The notes under the pieces are model-generated. The model was not told the DNA's origin, did no database searches, and saw only the letters and a program-made list of their open reading frames with translations. 64,000 nt of DNA from a virus, in IMG/VR virus record IMGVR_UViG_3300027754_000045, positions 64,001-128,000 of that record. One strand, given 5' to 3'. Position numbers and translations under genes: made by a program. Below, one piece after another: positions 10,385-20,473 of this stretch. Every line of letters starts with the position of its first letter. Within the stretch, counting starts at the first letter, position 1.

Positions 10385-11023
10385 ATGCAAACACAAGTGA
10401 TTAGTTTTTATAGTGATTTAGAAGGATCGACATATTACAGCGATCATGCAAAGCGGTTAAAAGAAGAGTTGGCACACTTTAGAGTGCCAGCCGATATACG
10501 AGAAAAGCCGTCTCTAGGATCATATCAAAAGAATTGTTTGAGCAAACCTCAATTTATCTACCAAATGCTAGTAGAAAAACAAGAGCCAGTAGTATGGCTA
10601 GACATTGATTCTTATATTCGAAAAACACCAGATATATTTGATCTGTTTACTGGAACAACCGATGTTGCCGTTTCTTGCTCAACAACCAAACTTCATGCAG
10701 CAAAAGCATCTCCAATATATTTGGCATTCAATAGCAAAGTATTAGATTTTCTTCAGCATTGGATGTTTATGGCTCGTCAAATAGAAGCTGGAGGACAATG
10801 GTTTGATCATGAAGCACTAATTGGTATTCTTCAAAAATTTCATGGACAGGAAAACTTTCATATGAAATTTATTGGTCCAGAGTATTGTGTTTGGCCTGGA
10901 GATGAAAACGAAAATACGATAATTCTTATGGGATTAGCGGATGTGGAATCAAAGAAACAATCTTTACGTGAATTAGGATATAATGAGGAACTTATAGCAT
11001 GGCAGAGTCCAGGAACAAAGTAA
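10385..11023 (+). CDS. Putative GT-A fold glycosyltransferase
   Basis: KPQFI...VVWLDIDS DxD motif and WFDHEAL segment as in nucleotide-diphospho-sugar transferases; start at MQTQVISFY. Confidence 0.6.
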   Translation: MQTQVISFYSDLEGSTYYSDHAKRLKEELAHFRVPADIREKPSLGSYQKNCLSKPQFIYQMLVEKQEPVVWLDIDSYIRKTPDIFDLFTGTTDVAVSCSTTKLHAAKASPIYLAFNSKVLDFLQHWMFMARQIEAGGQWFDHEALIGILQKFHGQENFHMKFIGPEYCVWPGDENENTIILMGLADVESKKQSLRELGYNEELIAWQSPGTK

Positions 11024-11862
11024 GAGGCATAGGATTACCGTTTGACCCACAATACTCGTCTTGCTCTAATATAAAACCAAAAGATTTTGATTGGGTTATT
11101 ACAGCAGGCGACTGGAATGTGCATATAGACCAAGGTTTATTAATGCAACCAGATAGTACCCCAAAAGAAAAACGGTTTGGGTGGGTATGCGAATCCAAGT
11201 ATATTGTTCCAGATGTATATTGGCTTTTGACCCATAAACACAAAGAGATGTTTGAAGAATATTATACAAAAATATTCACATGCGATCAAGAATTATTGAA
11301 GTTAGATGAACGATTTGTTTATTGCCCAAACGGAAGTAATTATCCTTGGGTTCCTAAAAACAAATGGGAAGTATACACAAAAACTAAGTTATGTTCTATG
11401 TTTTGTTCTCCCAAACTAATGACCGAAGGGCATGTTTATCGACATCAAATTGCTAGACTAGCTCTACATACTGGGTTTGATGTATTTGGTGGAGCACACG
11501 GAACACCAAGAACCGTAATAGATCCTCAAAATCCATGGAACACTAAAATTGATGGGGTAAAAGATTACAGATTTAGTATTGTTATGGAGAATGGAGTTTA
11601 TGATTCTTACTGGACAGAAAAAGTCACAGATTGTTTTGCTACAGGAACTATACCAATTTACTGGGGAACAAAGAAATTACTTGACTTTTTCAAATCTGAT
11701 GGTATAATACTACTAGAAATTGGAAAAGAACAAGAAATTATGGAATCATTAACTACTGAATTATACGAATCTAAATTAAAAGCAGTAAATGCTAATTTAG
11801 AATTAGTTAAAGATATGAAACTTGCTGATGATATTTTATGGAATCATATTCATGAAAGTTGA
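10999..11862 (+). CDS. GT10 (alpha-1,3/4-fucosyltransferase-like) glycosyltransferase
   Basis: GT10 signature YRFSIVMEN...SYWTEKVTDCFATGTIPIYWG. Confidence 0.85.
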   Translation: MAESRNKVRGIGLPFDPQYSSCSNIKPKDFDWVITAGDWNVHIDQGLLMQPDSTPKEKRFGWVCESKYIVPDVYWLLTHKHKEMFEEYYTKIFTCDQELLKLDERFVYCPNGSNYPWVPKNKWEVYTKTKLCSMFCSPKLMTEGHVYRHQIARLALHTGFDVFGGAHGTPRTVIDPQNPWNTKIDGVKDYRFSIVMENGVYDSYWTEKVTDCFATGTIPIYWGTKKLLDFFKSDGIILLEIGKEQEIMESLTTELYESKLKAVNANLELVKDMKLADDILWNHIHES

Positions 11863-12211
11863 AGTATCAAATGGAGAACTTGTAGATAAATATACTATTT
11901 TATTAATTAAATCAAATAAAATATTAGATTTAATAAAACAAAAAAATATACAATTAGAATTAAAAGAAATAGCTCCACTAATAGAATCTTTAAATTTATC
12001 AAAAACTATTATTGATGAATTATTAGAAACGAATAATATATTATGGGAAATTGAAGAAGTTATTCGTGTAAAAGAAAAAAAACAAGAATTTGATGTGGAA
12101 TTTATTGAATTAGCAAGAAACGTATATAAGACAAATACAATCAGATTTAATCAAAAAACTAAAATTAACATATTAACAGAATCTAAAATAATTGAAGAAA
12201 AATCACATTGA
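11852..12211 (+). CDS. Small conserved protein of glycan loci (DUF6165-like)
   Basis: VSNGELVDKYTILLIK...LWEIEE..R..EKKQEFD.EFIELARNVY..N..R...K pattern. Confidence 0.65.
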   Translation: MKVEVSNGELVDKYTILLIKSNKILDLIKQKNIQLELKEIAPLIESLNLSKTIIDELLETNNILWEIEEVIRVKEKKQEFDVEFIELARNVYKTNTIRFNQKTKINILTESKIIEEKSH

Positions 12212-12951
12212 CAAAATACATTTTAATAGATCAGCCAGCAGGATTAGGTGATATATTTTTTTTACAAAAAGCAGTAAAAAATTTAATAGATTTGGGAAAT
12301 ACAGCTATTTGGCCAGTAATATCCAATTTTAGTTATATCAAAGATTATATACAATATGAAAATTTAATTTTTGTTAATAAAGAAGAAAATTTTTCTTATA
12401 AAGAAATATTTACGGAATGTGAAATTAAACATATACAAAAACCTTTGCTTATAGAAAATTTAAAAGAATCATTAATTTATATTCCATTTATTAGAGCAGA
12501 ATCTCCCCATATGCATGGGATGAAATGTAAATATCCATTAGTACAAAATTCAAGTGATAATTGGCAAAATTATTTTAAATTTGAACGAAATATTAAAAGA
12601 GAATTAGAATTAAAAGAAAAATATAATATTCAAAATGGAGAAGAATTTATTTTTGTAAATGATTTATTTGCTTCTCCACCAGATATGCTAAGAAGAAATA
12701 TAGATATAAAAACAAACAAAAAAATAATATACAATGACGGAGAACCTTGTCATATTTTTGATTATTGTTGGTTATTTGAAAATGCTTCTGAAATTCATAC
12801 AATAGAATCTGCTTTTTGTTATCTAGCTGAAGTGTTAGATACTAATGCAAAACTTTTTATGTATTCCAGAATAATTAATGGACGACCCCAACATAATAAT
12901 TTTGATTATATAGATCACGTTTACAAAAAGAATTGGTTTAAAATACTATGA
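12208..12951 (+). CDS. Putative glycosyltransferase / glycan-locus protein
   Basis: GLGDIFF N-terminal motif and ENASEIHTIESAF, reminiscent of GT-B enzymes; TTG start overlaps the upstream stop. Confidence 0.45.
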   Translation: MTKYILIDQPAGLGDIFFLQKAVKNLIDLGNTAIWPVISNFSYIKDYIQYENLIFVNKEENFSYKEIFTECEIKHIQKPLLIENLKESLIYIPFIRAESPHMHGMKCKYPLVQNSSDNWQNYFKFERNIKRELELKEKYNIQNGEEFIFVNDLFASPPDMLRRNIDIKTNKKIIYNDGEPCHIFDYCWLFENASEIHTIESAFCYLAEVLDTNAKLFMYSRIINGRPQHNNFDYIDHVYKKNWFKIL

Positions 12952-13652
12952 TAAAGTTTAATGACATTACTCTTATTGGTATTGACGGTACTGGAAATGA
13001 TTTTAATATATTAAAATCATTAAAATACAGTAAACAAATATTTCCAAATGCAAAGATTAAATTTTTAACATCTGGTGAACACAAACAAATTGACGAAACA
13101 ATAGAACATATAAAAATTAAAAATTTGAATTATCATGATTTTAGTAAATTTTGTTTAACAGAATGGCACGAACATATTGATACTAAATTTAGTATTAATT
13201 GTCATAATGATGGTTTTGCTGTGAATATACATGCATGGACTGATGAATTTTTAAATTATGATTATATTGGAGCTCCTTGGCCAAGACATAATTTAGAACA
13301 AAGTTCTCAAAGGTGGGAATTAGTCAAAACTGCATATAACAATTCAAATAAATTGTATTGTATTGGAAATGGTGGATTTTCTTTAAGAACAAAAAAATTA
13401 ATGCAGGCAGTAAGTAAATTATATGTAGATGAATATTACGGTATACCAGAAGATTTGGTAATTTGCGTTATATTACGAAAACAATTAGAGGAACAAGGAT
13501 TTAAATTTCCTAATAGTATAGAATTTGCTGGTAAATTTTCTTGCGAAGCACAATTTGTTGATGAATATATATTATCATCGGATAATAGTTTGGGTTTTCA
13601 TTGTGGAGGAACTCATCCTCAAAAAGTAAAATTATTGGAGTCTATATTATGA
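12948..13652 (+). CDS. DUF5672-like putative glycosyltransferase (paralog 1)
   Basis: YDYIGAPW, GNGGFSLR, PEDLVIC, GFH. Confidence 0.75.
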   Translation: MIKFNDITLIGIDGTGNDFNILKSLKYSKQIFPNAKIKFLTSGEHKQIDETIEHIKIKNLNYHDFSKFCLTEWHEHIDTKFSINCHNDGFAVNIHAWTDEFLNYDYIGAPWPRHNLEQSSQRWELVKTAYNNSNKLYCIGNGGFSLRTKKLMQAVSKLYVDEYYGIPEDLVICVILRKQLEEQGFKFPNSIEFAGKFSCEAQFVDEYILSSDNSLGFHCGGTHPQKVKLLESIL

Positions 13653-14644
13653 ATGTTTTAATTACAGGTGTTGCTGGTCTATTGGGTTCTCGTCTTGCTG
13701 ACTGGCTAATAGAAAACAATAAAGCAACTGTTTACGGTATTGATGATCTTTCGGGGGGGTTTATTGAAAATATAAACCCAAAGATAAACTTTTATAAAAT
13801 TAATCTGGTAACCAATAGTGAAAAATTAGAATATATTTTTAAAGAACATAATTTTGATTATATATTTCATTTTGCTGCATATGCTGCAGAAGGTCTAAGT
13901 CCATTTATTCGACAATATAATTACGAAAATAATCTTATTGCAACAACAAAATTAATTAATCTTAGTATTAAATATAATATAAAAAGATTTATATTCACCT
14001 CAACTATGGCAGTATATGGTAATGGAGAAGTTCCATTTAAAGAAACACAACAACAAGCACCTATAGATCCATATGGTATTGCAAAATATGCATGTGAAAT
14101 GGATCTTCGTGTGGCTGGCGAACAACATGGTCTTGATTGGTGTATTTTTAGACCGCATAATGTGTATGGGGCAAAACAGAATATATGGGATAAATATAGA
14201 AATGTTTTAGGTATTTGGATGTATCAACACCTTAATGGTATGCCGTTATCAATTTATGGTGATGGAGAACAAACTAGAGCATTTAGTTATATTGATGATT
14301 GTGTTCCTTATTTTTGGTTAGGTGCAATAGATGATCTTTCCTCAAAACAAATATTTAATATTGGTGGAGACGATCATATTTCTATAAACAATGCTTGTAA
14401 TTTATTATTAGATGTGATAGGATCTGGTAATAAAATTCACTTAGAGCAAAGGCACGAAGTGAAACATGCCTGGGCTACCCACGACAAGATTAAATCTATT
14501 TTGAATTTTAAATCAACTACTCCATTACAGGAGGGTCTTAGTAAAATGTGGGAATGGGCAAAAATACAACCATCCAGAGAAAGAATATTGTGGTCTAAGT
14601 ATGAATTGGAAAAAGGAATTTATAATTATTGGAGATTGAAATAA
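13649..14644 (+). CDS. NAD-dependent NDP-sugar epimerase/dehydratase (extended SDR)
   Basis: TGVAGLLG, YGIAK (YxxxK), RPHNVYG, GDGEQTRAFSYIDD; start at ATG 13649. Confidence 0.9.
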   Translation: MNVLITGVAGLLGSRLADWLIENNKATVYGIDDLSGGFIENINPKINFYKINLVTNSEKLEYIFKEHNFDYIFHFAAYAAEGLSPFIRQYNYENNLIATTKLINLSIKYNIKRFIFTSTMAVYGNGEVPFKETQQQAPIDPYGIAKYACEMDLRVAGEQHGLDWCIFRPHNVYGAKQNIWDKYRNVLGIWMYQHLNGMPLSIYGDGEQTRAFSYIDDCVPYFWLGAIDDLSSKQIFNIGGDDHISINNACNLLLDVIGSGNKIHLEQRHEVKHAWATHDKIKSILNFKSTTPLQEGLSKMWEWAKIQPSRERILWSKYELEKGIYNYWRLK

Positions 14645-14645
14645 T

Positions 14646-15275
14646 ATGGCACAAGGTGTATACAAAATTACAGAAGAATTTGAAGAAAAAGTAGCAAAAT
14701 ACACAGGTTCTCCTTATGCCATTGCTCTTGATAATATGAGTAATGCTTTATTTCTTGCATTATATTACGAAAAGGTTCAAGGTTTAGAGATAACAATACC
14801 ATCAAGAACATATATGTCAGTTCCTTGTGAAATAATTCATGCTGGAGCAAAAGTAAAATTTGAACCAGTAGAAGGAACTAAAATTAAAGGTGCATATCAA
14901 CTTAAACCAACTAAAGTTTGGGATTGTGCTTTACGTTTTACTTCTAAGATGTATGTTCCTAATACACACATGTGTTTATCCTTTACTGGTCCGTATAAGC
15001 ATTTAAAATTAAGTAAGGGTGGAATGATACTTACAGATGACGAAAAGGCATATAATTGGTTTAAACGTGCCAGATTTAGTGGAAGAAACGAGACTTCTTA
15101 TCACGAAGACGCATTTGATATGCTTGGGTGGAACTTTTATATGATGCCAGAAATTGCTGCACGTGGTCTTCTTTTTATGACTCAATTTTATGATATCAAT
15201 GGAACACCAAAGGAAAATGAAGATATTGAATTAGGATATCCAGATTTGTCACAATACAAGATCTATACAAAATGA
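14646..15275 (+). CDS. Short DegT/DnrJ/EryC1/StrS-like PLP sugar aminotransferase
   Basis: FEEKVAKYTG, PSRTYMSV, SFTGPYKHL (PLP lysine), GGMILTDD, GWNFYM; only 209 aa. Confidence 0.75.
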   Translation: MAQGVYKITEEFEEKVAKYTGSPYAIALDNMSNALFLALYYEKVQGLEITIPSRTYMSVPCEIIHAGAKVKFEPVEGTKIKGAYQLKPTKVWDCALRFTSKMYVPNTHMCLSFTGPYKHLKLSKGGMILTDDEKAYNWFKRARFSGRNETSYHEDAFDMLGWNFYMMPEIAARGLLFMTQFYDINGTPKENEDIELGYPDLSQYKIYTK

Positions 15276-15865
15276 AAAAGGCAATAATAGGAAATGGATC
15301 GTTTGCAAAAGAGATTTATTGTTATATTCGAGATAATGGGGATATGTCTGATATAGTTTTTTTTGTAGACGACCAGTATAAAACTGAAAATTGTAAAGGA
15401 TTATCTGAATTTGATCCTGAAAATTATGAAGTGGTTGTAGCAATTGCTAATCCTATAGTAAGAGAACAATTTGTCAATAAGCTTCCAAAAAATACAAAAT
15501 ATTTTACTATGATTCACAAGTCAGCACAATTATTAGATTCAAATATTAAAATTGGAGAAGGAAGTATAATATGTGCAAATGTTGTTTTAACTACCAATAT
15601 AAATTTAGGAAAACATACTCAATTAAATTTATTATCATCAATTGGTCATGATTGTGTAGTTGGTGACTACTTCACTACAGCACCAGGAGCAAAAATATCA
15701 GGGAATTGTTGTATAGGAAATAGAGTGTACATCGGAACAAATGGATCAGTTAAAGAAAAAACAAAAATTTGTGATGATGTAATCGTTGGGTTAAATGGTG
15801 GTGTTGTTAAAGATATAGAAATTCCAGGAACATATGTGGGATGTCCCACCAAAAGGATAAAATGA
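15272..15865 (+). CDS. NeuD/PglD-like sugar acetyltransferase
   Basis: IIGNGSFAKE N-domain, hexapeptide beta-helix, IGHDC catalytic His, YVGCP. Confidence 0.88.
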   Translation: MKKAIIGNGSFAKEIYCYIRDNGDMSDIVFFVDDQYKTENCKGLSEFDPENYEVVVAIANPIVREQFVNKLPKNTKYFTMIHKSAQLLDSNIKIGEGSIICANVVLTTNINLGKHTQLNLLSSIGHDCVVGDYFTTAPGAKISGNCCIGNRVYIGTNGSVKEKTKICDDVIVGLNGGVVKDIEIPGTYVGCPTKRIK

Positions 15866-16608
15866 TACATATATATTTTCGTCATTATAATGTTGGGGGA
15901 GATGATAATTCTTCTAGGCAAGATGGTCGTTATAAAGCACGATCTGCTCGTCGTTGGGGAAACGTGGATAGTTGGTTTAGTTATGAAAAGGTATTTCTTA
16001 ATCTACTCAGTACTACTGCTGGAACTAATGTAAAAATTAATGTTATGATGGATGGTGTTATTGAGGAAAATTGGATAGCAAAATATAAAGATAAATTTAC
16101 AGGATATCAATTTGAAGGTGGAACTGATGGATTATCGTTTCATTCAACTTTGAGTATTATTAAAAACGATACATCAATTCAACCTAATGATATAGTCTAT
16201 CTTTTGGAAAATGATTATCTTCATGTAGATGGGTGGGTTCGTAAAGTAGAAGAATTATTTGAAATGTATAATAATAATGTAAGCTATGTTTCTCTGTACG
16301 ATCATCTTGATAAATACATCTATGATCATTATTCGCATTTAAGAGAAAAAATTATTATAAGCAAAACTCACCACTGGAGAACTACTCCCAGCACAACAGG
16401 AACATTTATGTTAACTAAAAAGATTTTTGATGAAGATTATGATACACATTCAACACGAATGGATGATCATGCTAAGTTTGTATGGTTACAAGAAAACAGA
16501 CAAAGATTTTTATTAACACCTATTCCTGGATTATCAACACATTGTGTTGGAGAATGTTCTCCTACTATAGATTGGCAAGCAATTAGTGATAAAGAAATAA
16601 TATTATGA
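15862..16608 (+). CDS. Putative GT-A glycosyltransferase
   Basis: DIVYLLENDYLH, YVSLYDHLDKY, HWRTTPSTTGTF, PIPGLSTH; glycan-cluster context. Confidence 0.55.
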   Translation: MIHIYFRHYNVGGDDNSSRQDGRYKARSARRWGNVDSWFSYEKVFLNLLSTTAGTNVKINVMMDGVIEENWIAKYKDKFTGYQFEGGTDGLSFHSTLSIIKNDTSIQPNDIVYLLENDYLHVDGWVRKVEELFEMYNNNVSYVSLYDHLDKYIYDHYSHLREKIIISKTHHWRTTPSTTGTFMLTKKIFDEDYDTHSTRMDDHAKFVWLQENRQRFLLTPIPGLSTHCVGECSPTIDWQAISDKEIIL

Positions 16609-17216
16609 ATTCAGTTGAACAATCATATCAGTTGTTAGTGGAAAGTTCATCGGATATAAATGAACATTTGCCGACATTAAAACGATATGCAGAGGAATGT
16701 GATCATATTACTGAAATGGGTGTAAGGTGGGTTGTTTCTACATTTGCCTTTGCTGTTGCAAAACCAAAGACATTTGTGTCTATTGATATCATAGATCCTC
16801 GTAGTGATTTTGAAAATTGGAATTCTGTTTGGGGATCTGGAGAACGGCTGAATAACATAATTAAATATTGTGCTGAAAATAATGTAAATTATTCATTTTT
16901 GTTAAGTGATACCACAAAAATCACTATTGATGAAACTGATTTGTTGTTTATTGATACATTACATGAATATAATCAAATTAAAACAGAATTAAAATTACAC
17001 GGAAACAAGGCAAAAAAATATCTAATATTTCATGATACTGAAAATTTTAAATTTAGAGACGAAAGAACCCCAGACGTATATGGGTTATCAAGCAAAGATA
17101 AACTTGGAATATGGTCTGCCATTGAGGAATTTTTAATAGAAAATCCACATTGGAAGATTCATGAATTATTTACTAATTGTAATGGTCTTACTATCCTGAA
17201 ACGAGTTAATGTATGA
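16605..17216 (+). CDS. Class I SAM-dependent methyltransferase (Methyltransf_24-like)
   Basis: SDINEHL, ITEMGVR, DLLFIDTLHEY, IFHDT, NCNGLTIL. Confidence 0.8.
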   Translation: MNSVEQSYQLLVESSSDINEHLPTLKRYAEECDHITEMGVRWVVSTFAFAVAKPKTFVSIDIIDPRSDFENWNSVWGSGERLNNIIKYCAENNVNYSFLLSDTTKITIDETDLLFIDTLHEYNQIKTELKLHGNKAKKYLIFHDTENFKFRDERTPDVYGLSSKDKLGIWSAIEEFLIENPHWKIHELFTNCNGLTILKRVNV

Positions 17217-17941
17217 TAGATTTATCAAGAGTTACTCTTGTGACTATAGATGGTAGTGGAAAAGATACTACTAAACTTCTTGAAGTTATTGATATATGTA
17301 CTCGTAAAATAAATTTTGGATCTGTTATTTTAATTACAGCAGATCCAGATATTGAATCAAACGATAAAGTTACAATTCACAGAATTCAAAAAATGACATA
17401 TCCAGAATATAATGCATTCTGTATAACTGATTTAAATGAATATATAAATACAGAGTTTTGTTTGATTGCACAAACTGATGGATTCATTTGTAAACCAACA
17501 AATTGGATGGATGAATTTTATAACTATGATTATATTGGGGCTCCTTGGATGGATGCTGAGCCTGGTTATTTTCCTTGGGTGACTGAACCAAAATATCAAG
17601 TAGGTTGTGGTGGTTTTTGTTTCCGTAGCAAGAAACTTTTACAGGCAGGAGCAGATATAAACAAAGTAGGTATAAATAAAGGATACATCACTAGGATGAC
17701 AGAGGCAGGAATGGGCGAAGATGTAATTATATGTGTATCTCTCAGAAATTATTTTGAAAAAATGGATTGTAAATTTCCTACAGGAGAATTTGCAAAAAAG
17801 TTTGCACTCGGAAGTGCTCCTTTAAAGGAAAATCAGTTAGAAACTACATTTGGATTTCATAGTAATGAATATATGCCAGAAGTGAGAAAAATGATTGAAA
17901 GGTGGGATGATTATGAAACTACAAGAAATATTAATAAATAA
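17213..17941 (+). CDS. DUF5672-like putative glycosyltransferase (paralog 2)
   Basis: QTDGF, YDYIGAPW, VGCGGFCFRSKKL, EDVIIC, FGFH. Confidence 0.75.
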   Translation: MIDLSRVTLVTIDGSGKDTTKLLEVIDICTRKINFGSVILITADPDIESNDKVTIHRIQKMTYPEYNAFCITDLNEYINTEFCLIAQTDGFICKPTNWMDEFYNYDYIGAPWMDAEPGYFPWVTEPKYQVGCGGFCFRSKKLLQAGADINKVGINKGYITRMTEAGMGEDVIICVSLRNYFEKMDCKFPTGEFAKKFALGSAPLKENQLETTFGFHSNEYMPEVRKMIERWDDYETTRNINK

Positions 17942-18494
17942 TAAACACTGGAATTCTCCAATAGAAGGAGGACCAGGAACGGACAAAAATACAGGACATA
18001 GTTATATTTCTGGATTTTATGAAGAAGCATTTTTTCCTTATAAAACTAAACATATCTCTATTCTTGAAATAGGAATAGCAAGAGGTGATTCATTATTATT
18101 ATGGAATGAATATTTCAAAAATAGTAAATTAATTTATGGTTTAGATAACCACAATCAATTATCATCAGAAGTTAAATCACATTCAAATTTAAATATAATA
18201 TTCAATAATGCATACACAGAACAAATTGCAAACACACTTCCAACATTTGATATTGTAATTGACGATGGTCCACATAGTTTAGATTCTCAATGTATTGCTA
18301 TCTCTTTATATCTTCCAAAAGTAAATCCTGGTGGTATTTTTATAATTGAAGATGTTCAATCTGAAAGTTATATTGAAACATTTAAAAACTTAGTTCCAGA
18401 AAAATATAGAAAATATTGTGAATTTATTGATCTTCGTAAGATTAAAAATAGAGTAGATGATATGATGTTTGTTGTAAGAATTCCTGAGGAATAA
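17913..18494 (+). CDS. SAM-dependent sugar O-methyltransferase-like
   Basis: TDKNTGHSY, ILEIGIARGDSL..W..YF, FDIVIDDGPH, GGIFIIEDV. Confidence 0.8.
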   Translation: MKLQEILINNKHWNSPIEGGPGTDKNTGHSYISGFYEEAFFPYKTKHISILEIGIARGDSLLLWNEYFKNSKLIYGLDNHNQLSSEVKSHSNLNIIFNNAYTEQIANTLPTFDIVIDDGPHSLDSQCIAISLYLPKVNPGGIFIIEDVQSESYIETFKNLVPEKYRKYCEFIDLRKIKNRVDDMMFVVRIPEE

Positions 18495-18495
18495 A

Positions 18496-19299
18496 ATGCC
18501 AAAAATATATGACTGTTTTCAATTTTTTAATGAATTGGATATTTTAGAAATACGATTAAACGAACTTAATTCTGAAGTTGATTATTTTGTTATTGTTGAA
18601 GCAGAAACTAGCCATCAACTTAAACCAAAACCATTATATTTTGAAGAAAATAAAAAAAGATATAGTGAGTTTTTAGATAAAATTATTCATGTTGTTGTTC
18701 CAGCTAATAAATTTGTAACCCCAGATATTTTTAATTTTGCTCATCGTAATGACCAAATCCAAAGAGATTATTTAAGAAATGGAATAAAAGATGCAAATGA
18801 TACAGATTTTATTATTATTTCTGATTTAGATGAAATTGTTTCTAGTAAAAAATTAAACGAATATAAACATTCATCATATGGCGAACAAGGAATACCTGTT
18901 ATTTTTGAACAAAATTTTTATATGTGGTATTTAAATACTAGAGTATCTAATTATATGTGGCATAATTCTGGTATTGTAAGAAAACAAGATTTAGATAAAG
19001 TTGGTACTAGGGGATTTAAAGATAATAAAACTTGTTTAATGTATCCTAGAATAAAAAATGGTGGATGGCATTTTTCTTATATTGGCTCACCTAATCAGGT
19101 TAAAACTAAATTAGATAATTTTGCACATACAGAATTTTCACATATAAGTATAGAAAATTTAACTCAAAATAAAGAAAATTTAACCGATCCTTTGTGTAGA
19201 TCAGACGAAGGAATTAATTTTATAATTGATTCTATAGATACTATGCCAGAATATGTACAAAATAATATTGAAAAATTTAAAGAATTTATAAAACAATAA
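18496..19299 (+). CDS. GT17 (beta-1,4-GlcNAc transferase-like) glycosyltransferase
   Basis: IYDCFQFFNELDILEIRLNEL, VDYFVIVEA, IISDLDEI, GGWHFSY...KLDNFAH. Confidence 0.88.
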   Translation: MPKIYDCFQFFNELDILEIRLNELNSEVDYFVIVEAETSHQLKPKPLYFEENKKRYSEFLDKIIHVVVPANKFVTPDIFNFAHRNDQIQRDYLRNGIKDANDTDFIIISDLDEIVSSKKLNEYKHSSYGEQGIPVIFEQNFYMWYLNTRVSNYMWHNSGIVRKQDLDKVGTRGFKDNKTCLMYPRIKNGGWHFSYIGSPNQVKTKLDNFAHTEFSHISIENLTQNKENLTDPLCRSDEGINFIIDSIDTMPEYVQNNIEKFKEFIKQ

Positions 19300-19300
19300 A

Positions 19301-19328
19301 TTGACATTTATATTATATCGTGTATAAT
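19301..19328 (+). promoter_or_regulatory. Sigma70-type promoter TTGACA-N16-TATAAT
   Basis: Perfect hexamers in the only sizeable gap inside the glycan cluster. Confidence 0.8.
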
Positions 19329-19354
19329 ATTAAAACAGAAAGAAGATTTATGTT

Positions 19355-20473
19355 ATGAAAAAAATATTAGTATTAGGTGGTGGCGGATTTATAGGTTCTC
19401 ATTTAGTTAAAAGACTAAAAAACGAAGGGCATTTTGTACGAGTTTGTGATTTAAAACATCCAGAGTATTCATATACTACAGCAGATGAATTTATTATTGG
19501 AGATTTAAGAAATCAAATAGTCTGTGATAGAGTATTTGATATGCAATTTGACGAAGTATATCAATTAGCAGCAGATATGGGTGGTGCTGGATATATCTTT
19601 ACTGGAGAAAATGATGCAAACGTTATGCATAATTCTGCATTAATCAATTTAAATGTAGTTGAACGATGTGTTAAAACTAAAGTAGGTCGAGTATTTTATT
19701 CTTCCTCGGCTTGTATATATCCTGCATACAATCAGCAAGATCCAAATAACCCAAAATGTTCAGAAGATAGTGCATATCCTGCTGCTCCAGATAGTGAATA
19801 TGGTTGGGAAAAATTATTCAGTGAACGATTATATCTTTCATTTAGTCGTAACTACAAATTAGATGTACGTATTGCAAGATATCATAATATTTTTGGTCCA
19901 GAAGGAACATGGAAGGGTGGTAAGGAAAAGGCTCCAGCGGCTCTTTGTCGTAAAGTATCAGAAGCAAATAATAATTCTTCTATTGAGGTATGGGGCCCTG
20001 GACAACAGACACGTTCTTTTTTATATATCGATGAATGTATAGAAGCAACCATAAGACTTATGAGATCTGATTTTACAGGACCAGTAAATATTGGTTCAGA
20101 AGAAATGATAAATATTAATGATCTTGCAAAAACTATTATTAATATTTCTAATAAAAACATTATAATTAATAATGTGAAAGGACCAGTTGGAGTTATGGGA
20201 AGAAATTCAGATAATAAATTATATAAAGAACAAATTGGTTGGGAACCATCACAACCATTAGTAGAAGGTCTTAAAATTACATATAAATGGATCGAAACAC
20301 AACACATGAGTTGTTTGTCTTTTACTAGTATTGCTCAATTAGATATTGAAGATAAAACTGGAAAAGATACAAGAGATAATCCATCAATCATAAAACCAGA
20401 ATATATTAATAATGGAAAATCAGAAAAAGTTAGTGTTGCTCAATTAGACATTGAAGATAGATTTAGGAGTTAA
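19355..20473 (+). CDS. GDP-mannose 3,5-epimerase-like SDR
   Basis: GGGGFIG, LAADMGGAGYI, YSSSACIYP, YGWEK, GGKEKAPAALCRK, GRNSDN. Confidence 0.9.
   Translation: MKKILVLGGGGFIGSHLVKRLKNEGHFVRVCDLKHPEYSYTTADEFIIGDLRNQIVCDRVFDMQFDEVYQLAADMGGAGYIFTGENDANVMHNSALINLNVVERCVKTKVGRVFYSSSACIYPAYNQQDPNNPKCSEDSAYPAAPDSEYGWEKLFSERLYLSFSRNYKLDVRIARYHNIFGPEGTWKGGKEKAPAALCRKVSEANNNSSIEVWGPGQQTRSFLYIDECIEATIRLMRSDFTGPVNIGSEEMININDLAKTIINISNKNIIINNVKGPVGVMGRNSDNKLYKEQIGWEPSQPLVEGLKITYKWIETQHMSCLSFTSIAQLDIEDKTGKDTRDNPSIIKPEYINNGKSEKVSVAQLDIEDRFRS
20326..20459 (+). repeat. 29-nt direct repeat (2 mismatches) in the epimerase C-terminal extension
   Basis: tagtattgctcaattagatattgaagata (20326-20354) vs tagtgttgctcaattagacattgaagata (20431-20459); encodes S(I/V)AQLDIED twice. 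Confidence 0.85.

Noticed and set aside
10999-11023. Programmed frameshift fusing the GT-A gene and GT10
   Set aside because: 25-nt overlap, but GT10 has its own GAGG and ATG, and no slippery heptamer is seen
20326-20459. Direct repeat pair as a mini-CRISPR
   Set aside because: Only two copies, 76-nt spacer, in frame within a CDS, no cas genes
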